A DNA stretch of 33,452 bases from contig JBFMGU010000113.1 of the NCBI GenBank assembly GCA_040752415.1, forward strand, positions 1 to 33,452, read 5' to 3'. Source of the stretch: Myxococcota bacterium. Lineage in GTDB: Bacteria; Myxococcota; JACRCW01. Both the position numbers and the translations under genes were made by a program. Below are positions 26,827 to 33,452 of the stretch, one piece after another. The notes beneath the pieces were generated by a model. That model was not told where the DNA came from and ran no database searches. It saw nothing but the letters and a program-made list of their open reading frames with translations. Each line of letters starts with the position of its first letter. The first letter of the stretch is position 1.

Positions 26827-27768
26827 ATGGCCCTCAAGCTTCTCGTCGTGATGAACCCCTCCGCGCGCGACTTCGAGGCCGAGAAGCGCTGGCCCCAGAT
26901 GCAGCCGCTGTTGTCCGCCGCCGCCGACGTCACCCTGCTCACCACGCACCCCGACAACGAGCAGACCGTGGCGCAGGTGACCGCCGCGCTGCAGCAGGAA
27001 CGGTTTGACCGCGTGCTGGCCATTGGCGGCGACGGCACCGTGCACCTCACCGTCAGCGCGCTGATGGGCGCGGGGCTCAGCACGCTGCCGCAGTTCGCGG
27101 TCATTCCGTTTGGCACGGCCAACAACGTCGCCAAGTCGCTGGGGGTGCCGGCGGAGGATGTGCCGGCGCAGGCGCGGCTGGCGGTCTCCTCGCAGCTGCG
27201 CGGGCTGGACGTGGGTCTGCTGCGCGCCACACACGCCGGGGTCACGCGGACGCACTACTGGGTCAACTGCGTCTCGGTGGGGATGGACGCGGACATCGTG
27301 GCGGCGCGGGCGCGGTGGCGGAAGCTGGGCAAGTACCTGAGCTACGCGGCGGCGCTGGCCGAGCGGTCCGTGGAACAGCACACCATGGATGTGCAGCTCA
27401 CCGTCGACGGGCGCGTGTTGCCGTTGCGCGTGTTCAACGTGGTGGTGATGAACGTGCCCTTGTACGCCGGTGCGCTGGAGATGCCCGGCGCGCAGATGGA
27501 CGACGGGAAGCTGGATGTCTTCCTGTTCAACCGCAACGAGTACACCTCCAAGGTGCTCACCTACGTGCTCAAGCAGACCGACGTCCTCAAGGTGGGCGTG
27601 GGCGACATGCTGGACTTCATCACCGAGAACCAGCGCGAGCTGCACGGCGCCGTGGTGAAGGTCCGCCTGGCCTTCCCGCGCGCCTTCCAGGTCGACGGGG
27701 AAGCCATGGGAGAGGCGGAGGACCTGGAGCTCACCACGGCGGGCCGGCTGCAGGCGGTGGGCGTCTGA
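26827..27768 (+). CDS. Diacylglycerol-kinase-family lipid kinase (YegS/DAGK_cat)
   Basis: VMNPSA, GGDGT, IPFGTANNVAKSLG, SVGMDA, DDGKLD, FQVDGE. Confidence 0.9.
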   Translation: MALKLLVVMNPSARDFEAEKRWPQMQPLLSAAADVTLLTTHPDNEQTVAQVTAALQQERFDRVLAIGGDGTVHLTVSALMGAGLSTLPQFAVIPFGTANNVAKSLGVPAEDVPAQARLAVSSQLRGLDVGLLRATHAGVTRTHYWVNCVSVGMDADIVAARARWRKLGKYLSYAAALAERSVEQHTMDVQLTVDGRVLPLRVFNVVVMNVPLYAGALEMPGAQMDDGKLDVFLFNRNEYTSKVLTYVLKQTDVLKVGVGDMLDFITENQRELHGAVVKVRLAFPRAFQVDGEAMGEAEDLELTTAGRLQAVGV

Positions 27769-27853
27769 GCAACCGGGAACCAGACCGCGAGCGCGCACGA
27801 CGTCGACGCCTCCCCGTGGACCGGGCGCGCGGGCTCACCTAGCGTAGCGGGTC

Positions 27854-29389
27854 ATGGCTGGCCCACGGTCTCCGTCGTCACTCCTGGCCTCTCGCGTGAC
27901 CACGCGGCTGGGCCTGGGCGTGGCGATCTTGAGCAGCGTGCTGTTGTGGGCGGTGACGCTCCCGCGGGTGCCGGTGAAGAGCGCGTGGGCCCGCGCCGCA
28001 ACGCTGGGCGTGGTGACGCTGACCCTGGTGGTTCCGCTGCTGCTGACGCGGGGAGCCTTCCAGCGGTTCGGCGCGCACGCCACCGGGATGGCGTTGGGCG
28101 TGGCGGCGTTGGTGCAGTTGGGGGTCGCCGGTGCGCTGGTGAAGTGGGGACGCGCGGGTGTGCCGCCGCCGCTGGTTGTCGCCGCGCCGACGCCGGTGAA
28201 GCCCGCTCCCACGACGTCGCCACCGCCGCCACCGGTGCAGGTGATTCCGGATGCGGGCGTGGACGCGGGCGTGGATGGCGCGGTGGTGGCGCTCCCCGAG
28301 GGAGAACCGCCGCCTCCGCTCGGCGACGAGCCCGCGCCGCCCAGCGCGAATTGCGCGCAGCTCCACCTGGAGGCGCGGACGTTGATGCGCGCGGGTCGCA
28401 CGACGGACGCGGAGGCGGCGGCACAGCGCTATTTCCGCGAGTGTCCCGCGGGGCAGGAGGCGTTGGCGCTCCGTCGGGAACTGTTGTGGGCGCGCCTGGG
28501 CCCGGGCACTCCGACGACGGAGGCCGAGCGCGTCCTCAAGGAGATCGTGAGCCTGGACCCATTGGACTGGCGCGCGTGGGACGCCCTCGCCGAGCTGGCA
28601 GCGGCGCGCGACGAGCTGGCGCAGGCCATCGAGTACCTCGAGCGCGCGCGTGGGACGCATCCGAGTCCGCGGAGTGTGGACGCGCGGATCACCAAGTGGC
28701 GACGGGTGGGTGGCATTGAGCAGGGGTTCGGGAATGAGCAGGTGGACGGCTTCATTGTCCGCTACGAGGGCAGGAGCGACCCGGGTCTGGGCCAGGAAAC
28801 GCTCACGCTGCTGCGCCAGGTGCGCGACCACGTGGCCACCCAGCTCGACCTGCGGCCCGTCCAGCCCATCACCGTGGTGATCTACACGGGCGAGCAATAC
28901 GCGCAGCTGGGCAATGCGCCGGACTGGTCGGGCGGGCTCTTCGACGGGCGCATCCGCATCCGGGGACGGGAAGGCATCCGCCAGACGCTGTTCCACGAGT
29001 ACGTGCACGCGCTGTTGGCGCAGACGGCGCTGGCGGGCGCGGGGACCATGCCGGTGTGGCTGAACGAGGGGCTGGCGCGGCGTTTCGAGTGGGAGGGCGC
29101 CATGGTGCCGCGCTGGGAGGAGGTGCGGGACCTGTTGCGCGGGCAGCCCCGTCGTCGCTGGAGTGCGTATCCCTCGTCCTTCGCCGTGTTGCCGCCGGAG
29201 GAAGCGCTGCGCGCCTATACCGAGTCGCTCAGCATCGTGCTGCACCTGGAGAAGCGCGGTGGCATGCACGGGCTGACACGGTTGCTCTCGCGCATGGCGG
29301 CGGGCGACGCGTTCGAGCAGGCGTTCCGCTCCGCGTTCCACGTCGATCTCGCCGAGGCGGAAGCGCAGTGGCTGCGGGACCTGCAATAG
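27854..29389 (+). CDS. Membrane-anchored TPR protein with peptidase MA-family zinc metallohydrolase domain
   Basis: Three N-terminal hydrophobic segments, Pro-rich linker, TPR-like helices, PDWSGGLFDGRIRI, HEYVH, PVWLNEGLA. Confidence 0.8.
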   Translation: MAGPRSPSSLLASRVTTRLGLGVAILSSVLLWAVTLPRVPVKSAWARAATLGVVTLTLVVPLLLTRGAFQRFGAHATGMALGVAALVQLGVAGALVKWGRAGVPPPLVVAAPTPVKPAPTTSPPPPPVQVIPDAGVDAGVDGAVVALPEGEPPPPLGDEPAPPSANCAQLHLEARTLMRAGRTTDAEAAAQRYFRECPAGQEALALRRELLWARLGPGTPTTEAERVLKEIVSLDPLDWRAWDALAELAAARDELAQAIEYLERARGTHPSPRSVDARITKWRRVGGIEQGFGNEQVDGFIVRYEGRSDPGLGQETLTLLRQVRDHVATQLDLRPVQPITVVIYTGEQYAQLGNAPDWSGGLFDGRIRIRGREGIRQTLFHEYVHALLAQTALAGAGTMPVWLNEGLARRFEWEGAMVPRWEEVRDLLRGQPRRRWSAYPSSFAVLPPEEALRAYTESLSIVLHLEKRGGMHGLTRLLSRMAAGDAFEQAFRSAFHVDLAEAEAQWLRDLQ

Positions 29390-29391
29390 GC

Positions 29392-29856
29392 TCAGCCGCC
29401 CGACGACGAGGTGCTGGACGCGCTGCTGGAGCTGCTTGCGCTGGACGACGTGGCCGACGTCCCGGCGGAGGACGTCTGGGTGCCGGTGGCGCTGCTGCTG
29501 GTGCTCGCGGATGACGACGTGGAAGAGGCGGACGTGGAGCCGCTGGTCGACGAAGATGAAGTGGTAGAAGTCGTCCCGCCCGACGTGCTGGAAGACGAGC
29601 TCGACGAGGAGCTGGTGGACGACGAGGAGCTGGAAGAGGAGCTCGTGGCCGCGCCGGAAGAAGACGAGGATGATGATGAGGAGGATGATGATGAGGAGGA
29701 TGATGATGAGGAGGATGATGATGAGGACGACGTCGTCGTGGCCGCGGCGGTGCCGGTGGTGCCCTCGATGCGGGCGGTGCCCTGGCAGGCGGAGGCCAGC
29801 AGCAGCAAGGTCGTGGTGGTGATGAGTCCGTGGCGCAAGGGCATCGGTAGGCGCAT
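29392..29856 (-). CDS. Ser/Thr-only disordered lipoprotein (start 29856 or 29844)
   Basis: Signal/lipobox LITTTTLLLLASA-C followed by about 125 residues, mostly S/T/G/A, to TGA. Confidence 0.6.
   Translation of the reverse strand: MRLPMPLRHGLITTTTLLLLASACQGTARIEGTTGTAAATTTSSSSSSSSSSSSSSSSSSSSSSSSSGAATSSSSSSSSSTSSSSSSSSSTSGGTTSTTSSSSTSGSTSASSTSSSASTSSSATGTQTSSAGTSATSSSASSSSSASSTSSSGG
29666..29725. repeat. 15-bp tandem repeat x4 (GAGGATGATGATGAG) encoding poly-Ser on the minus strand
   Basis: Four perfect copies starting at 29666, 29681, 29696 and 29711. Confidence 0.95.
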
Positions 29857-29993
29857 GGTTCGTTCCATCCCCCGTCGGAGTCAGCCCACCCTACGTCGCT
29901 CCGCGGGCACTGCACAACGACGCGGAGCGTGGCGCCGCACGAACACACGCTTGTGCGCTCGTCGTGGCAACGGCTGTCAGGTTGAGCACCACG

Positions 29994-30327
29994 TAGAGGC
30001 GGCGTGTAACCGGATTGCCCATTCCGTCGTGGCCGGCGAACACCTAACCCCCCACGTTTGTCCCGCTGCGCCCACTCGCCCCCCTTCCACAGTCCCAATT
30101 TTCCGTCGTCACCGAGCCGGGGAAGGGGGGCAATCGGTGGGCGCAGCTGCCCTCTTTCCGACGAGAAAAGGTCCCAATGCCAATGTGTGCCCCCCTTCCC
30201 CGCAATGGTTGACGACGGTGAAGCGGGTGTGGGGAAGGGGGGCGAGCGAGCGCAACGGCATGAACGTGGGGGGTTAGGTGTTCGCCGGCCCCATCGGAAT
30301 GGCCAATGGACTTAGACGCTGACCCTA
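29994..30327. repeat. Long inverted-repeat element, family C copy 2 (complete, TA at both ends)
   Basis: Perfect 28-bp IR 30031-30058 / 30263-30290; imperfect IR extends to TA at 29994 and 30326. Two inverted internal hairpins (30075-30131, 30189-30246) flank a 57-bp spacer. Confidence 0.9.
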
Positions 30328-30387
30328 AGCTCGTGGGGGCCATCCCAGTACCCACGTGGTGTGTATGGCGAGCTTCAGCGCGACGGC

Positions 30388-31596
30388 TCAGAACTCCACG
30401 GCGGCGGAGTCGTCCCGGCTCAGGTCGACGACCCGCGGCTCGGCGTGCAGCCAGTAGAAGGACCCCTGCGCGAAGACCATGCGCAGGAACATGGTGTCGC
30501 CTTCCTGCAGCGTGGTGACGGTGCGGTCGGCGTGCAGCAGGTGCAGCGCCTCGTGCGTGCCACATCCCGGCAACCGCAACCGCTCCGCGGCCAGGAAGGT
30601 GTCGACGCCATTGCCCGCCACCACCAGCCGTTCCCGCGTGGCTTCCGGCGCCACCAGCTTGCCGGCGAGGTTGCGTCCGCCCTCGGGCAGCGTGAAGGAC
30701 CAGGGACTCCCGTTGGCCAGCACGCTGCTCAGCTCGCCGCGCGGCCGGGTCAGGAACCGCACGTCCCTTAGGGAAAGATAGGATGGCGTGTGCGGGCGCT
30801 TCTCCGCCACCGGGACCTCCACGCCGTCGGGGGTGACGCGGATGGAGCCGTCCTCCTGCTCCACCTCCACCCCGTCACACAGGCAGCGCGCCGGCGGATG
30901 CTCCCGGTCGCGCGCGGCGACGATCACCTTCTGCGTCTTGAGCAGGTGCACCTCCCAGTTGCGGGGCGTGGGTTGCAGCGCGTAGGCGCACAGCCGGTTC
31001 CCGTCGGCCAGCGGGTAGGCGTTGGCGGGCAGCTCCACCACCTCCTTGTCGAGGGGCGGCCGGGTCCAGTGCACGCGCTGCCACACGTTGTCGGCGTTGC
31101 GGATGACGTGCCAGCCGAAGCCCCCGCCCGCCTGCGTGGTGCCACAGGTGCGCAGCTCCGCGGGGAGCGCGGGCGGTTGCGGCGGCGGCGGCGCGTCGGC
31201 GGTGGCGGCGGACATCTCGGCCAGGATCCAGGTCAAGGGTGAGGCCGCACCCGCGTCGCCGCCGAGCGAGCCGATGGAGAAGATGGTGGCGGGCTGGCCT
31301 GGCCAGGTGGCCCACACGCTGCCGTCGGGTTGGAGGATGGCCAGCGCGTCGTCGTGGGTGCGCAGGCAGCGGGCGTTGGCGCAGCGCGCGGGCACCGGGG
31401 TGGGTTTGCCGGGAAGCTTCAACGACATCACCTGGATGTTCTTCCCCGGCACCCGCACCACCTGCGCGCAGCTCGTCGTGGCGGCGGGCGCGGCGCCCTC
31501 GTCCCGTGTGCATCCCGGTTGCAGCCCGAGCGCAAGCGCGGCGGAGCCGACGAGGAGCGGACGCAGGACGGACGACGCTGGCGAAGACGTGGCCAT
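30388..31596 (-). CDS. Hypothetical lipoprotein, beta-rich
   Basis: ATG 31596; signal ...LLVGSAALALGLQPG-C. The upstream part of the long ORF is only the antisense shadow of the malic enzyme. Confidence 0.65.
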   Translation of the reverse strand: MATSSPASSVLRPLLVGSAALALGLQPGCTRDEGAAPAATTSCAQVVRVPGKNIQVMSLKLPGKPTPVPARCANARCLRTHDDALAILQPDGSVWATWPGQPATIFSIGSLGGDAGAASPLTWILAEMSAATADAPPPPQPPALPAELRTCGTTQAGGGFGWHVIRNADNVWQRVHWTRPPLDKEVVELPANAYPLADGNRLCAYALQPTPRNWEVHLLKTQKVIVAARDREHPPARCLCDGVEVEQEDGSIRVTPDGVEVPVAEKRPHTPSYLSLRDVRFLTRPRGELSSVLANGSPWSFTLPEGGRNLAGKLVAPEATRERLVVAGNGVDTFLAAERLRLPGCGTHEALHLLHADRTVTTLQEGDTMFLRMVFAQGSFYWLHAEPRVVDLSRDDSAAVEF

Positions 31597-31716
31597 GGAT
31601 GCGGATGCTGGCGCGCCGTCGGGGGAGTGTCCACCGCGCGCAAGGTCTGCGGTAGGTCCCGGGTGTTGTCGCGACGGGGGACGAGGGTCATGCTGGTGAC
31701 AGCCAGGAGGTTGGTG

Positions 31717-33048
31717 ATGCGCAAGTGGAGTGTGGACACCGTGCTGAGGCTCAAGGTGCTGCACCGCCCGGGACAGCTCGGGAAGCTGGTGACGGCGGTG
31801 GCGGAGCAGGGCGCGCTCTTTGGGGACATCAGCACGCACCGGATGCTGGAGCACTACACCATCCGCGACGTCACCGTGGAGACCGCCGACGAGGCGCAGC
31901 TGCAGAAGGTGCTGGAGGCGGTGCGCGCCGTCGACGGCGTGGAGCTCATCAGCGTCACCGACCGCGTCATGGAGACGCACAAGGGCGGCAAGATCGCCTC
32001 GCGTTCCCGCGTGCCCATCAACAACGTCAATGACCTGCGCTACGTCTACACCCCCGGCGTGGCCCGGGTGGCGCGCGCCATCCAACGCGACCAGCAGCTG
32101 GCCTGGGAGCTCACCGGCCTGGGCAATTCCGTCGGGATCTTCACCAACGGCACGCGTGTGCTGGGCCTGGGCAACGTGGGCCCCCTGGCCAGTCTCCCGG
32201 TGATGGAAGGCAAGGCCGTGCTCTATGACCGCTTCGCCGGCATCTCCGCCACGCCCATCCTGCTCAACACGCTCGAGCCGGAGCGCTTCGTGGAGGCGGT
32301 GGTGTGCGTGGCGCAGAGCTTCGGGGGCATCCACCTGGAGGACATCCGCATCCCGGATTGCTTCTACATCGAGGATGAGCTGAAGAAGCGCCTGCGCAAG
32401 CCGGTGATGCACGACGACCAGCACGGCACCGCCACGGTGGCCCTGGCCGCGCTGATGAAGGCGTGTGAGCTGACGGGGATGGACATCAAGAACGCGCACG
32501 TGGGTCAGCTGGGCCTGGGGGCCGCGGGCAGCGCCATTGCGCGGCTGGCCATGGCCCACGGTGCGCGCCGGGTCTACGTCTCCGACCTCAACCGTGACGC
32601 CGTGGCGGCGCTGGAGCGCGACGGGGCGCACGGCGTGGACCTGCCCACGTTGATGCAGGAGTGCGACATCGTGATTGCGGCCACGGGCCGGCCCGGGCTG
32701 ATCACGCCGGGGATGGTGCGCAGGGGCCAGGTGATCTTCGCGCTGTCCAACCCGGACCCGGAGATTGACCCGCAGGTGGCGCGGGAGGCGGGCGCGGCCT
32801 TCTCCTCCGACGGGCGCACGGTGAACAACGCGCTGGGCTTCCCCTCACTCTTCAAGGGCGCGCTCAGCGTGCGTTCCCGTTCCATCACGCGGGAGATGAT
32901 GCTCGCGGCGGCGGAGGCGCTGGCGTCGTTGGCGGAGCCCGGCGCGTTGTTGCCCGACCCGCTGAATCCCGACGTGCACGCCAAGGTGGCCCACGCGGTG
33001 GCGGAGAAGGCGCGGGAGCAGGGCCTGGCGGGAACGGCCGAGCTCTAA
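31717..33048 (+). CDS. Malic enzyme (NAD(P)-dependent) with N-terminal ACT domain
   Basis: AGGAGG RBS; ACT-like HRPGQLGKL; YTPGVA, TNGTRVLGLGNVG, VMEGKA, HLEDI, HDDQHGTA, GLGAAG, FALSNPDPEI, NNALGFP. Confidence 0.92.
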   Translation: MRKWSVDTVLRLKVLHRPGQLGKLVTAVAEQGALFGDISTHRMLEHYTIRDVTVETADEAQLQKVLEAVRAVDGVELISVTDRVMETHKGGKIASRSRVPINNVNDLRYVYTPGVARVARAIQRDQQLAWELTGLGNSVGIFTNGTRVLGLGNVGPLASLPVMEGKAVLYDRFAGISATPILLNTLEPERFVEAVVCVAQSFGGIHLEDIRIPDCFYIEDELKKRLRKPVMHDDQHGTATVALAALMKACELTGMDIKNAHVGQLGLGAAGSAIARLAMAHGARRVYVSDLNRDAVAALERDGAHGVDLPTLMQECDIVIAATGRPGLITPGMVRRGQVIFALSNPDPEIDPQVAREAGAAFSSDGRTVNNALGFPSLFKGALSVRSRSITREMMLAAAEALASLAEPGALLPDPLNPDVHAKVAHAVAEKAREQGLAGTAEL

Positions 33049-33065
33049 GTAGGAGCGAAGGGAGG

Positions 33066-33452
33066 CTATTTCACCACGAGCTCGTGGAGGTCTTTCACGG
33101 TCTTCGCGGTCTTCTCGTAGACCTCCGCGTCCTTCAGGCGCTCATGGACGGCGGTGGGCAGCGGCTCCTTCTTCTTGGCCTTCTTGCCCTTCTTGTCGCC
33201 GCCACCATCGGAGTCGCGGGCGCGGATGTCGGCGGCAACGCGGTGCAGCTTCTCGTACAGCGCCATGACCTTGGAGGAGCGCTTGAGGATGGTGGGGTCC
33301 TCGGCAATGGCCTTCTCCACCGCGTCGCGCTTCTGCACGTACTCGCGGTAGTCCATGCCGGCGGGCGCCTTCGCGTCGGCCACCTCCTCCTTCTCTTCCG
33401 ACTTCTCCTCGGCCTTCTCCTCTTCCTTGGCCTTCTCCGTCTCCTTGGCCTT
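33066..33452 (-). CDS. C-terminal part of a charged hypothetical protein (runs off the right edge)
   Basis: Frame is open to the window end (KAKETEKAKEEEKAEEKSEEKEEVADAK...); stop at 33066. Confidence 0.7.
   Translation of the reverse strand, partial: KAKETEKAKEEEKAEEKSEEKEEVADAKAPAGMDYREYVQKRDAVEKAIAEDPTILKRSSKVMALYEKLHRVAADIRARDSDGGGDKKGKKAKKKEPLPTAVHERLKDAEVYEKTAKTVKDLHELVVK

Noticed and set aside
29411..30277. Highly acidic plus-strand ORF (poly-D/E); likewise 22196-23317 and 15363-15968
   Set aside because: These are the reverse-complement reading of poly-Ser linkers. The opposite strand has the signal peptide, and this ORF runs into the repeat element.
30388..32631. 747-aa ORF as a single protein
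   Set aside because: The first ~345 codons are mostly antisense to the malic enzyme; the real gene starts at the signal peptide at 31596.

Overview
Very GC-rich bacterial chromosome segment whose gene content points to Myxococcota (PAS hybrid kinase, many Cys-rich and poly-Ser lipoproteins, TPR/peptidase-MA protein). About 26 genes are supportable. They include an extended-SDR oxidoreductase, a 3xPAS-HK-REC kinase divergent from a three-gene DsrE-fold operon, treZ plus a glycogen debranching enzyme, a class II cytochrome c lipoprotein, a class III adenylate cyclase, MazG, a DUF6496-like basic protein, pdxJ, creA, a GST, a membrane pyrophosphatase (hppA), a DAG-kinase-family lipid kinase and an ACT-domain malic enzyme. 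I see no rRNA, tRNA, CRISPR array, transposase or integrase. The least explained signal is non-coding: four intergenic long inverted-repeat elements from three sequence families, each built from nested hairpins. The two related copies (about 26.1 kb and 30.0 kb) share a 57-bp central spacer with a conserved core motif. They also share a ~53-59-bp TA-bounded terminal module that recurs on its own as a tandem array at 26.55-26.68 kb. Other candidates for novelty are the orphan DsrE-fold triad with a CxxC subunit, a secreted protein with three copies of an unassigned ~167-aa domain bracketed by two lone cysteines, and a lipoprotein that is only a Ser/Thr tail containing a 15-bp VNTR. All family calls come from motif recognition by eye; no database search was run.
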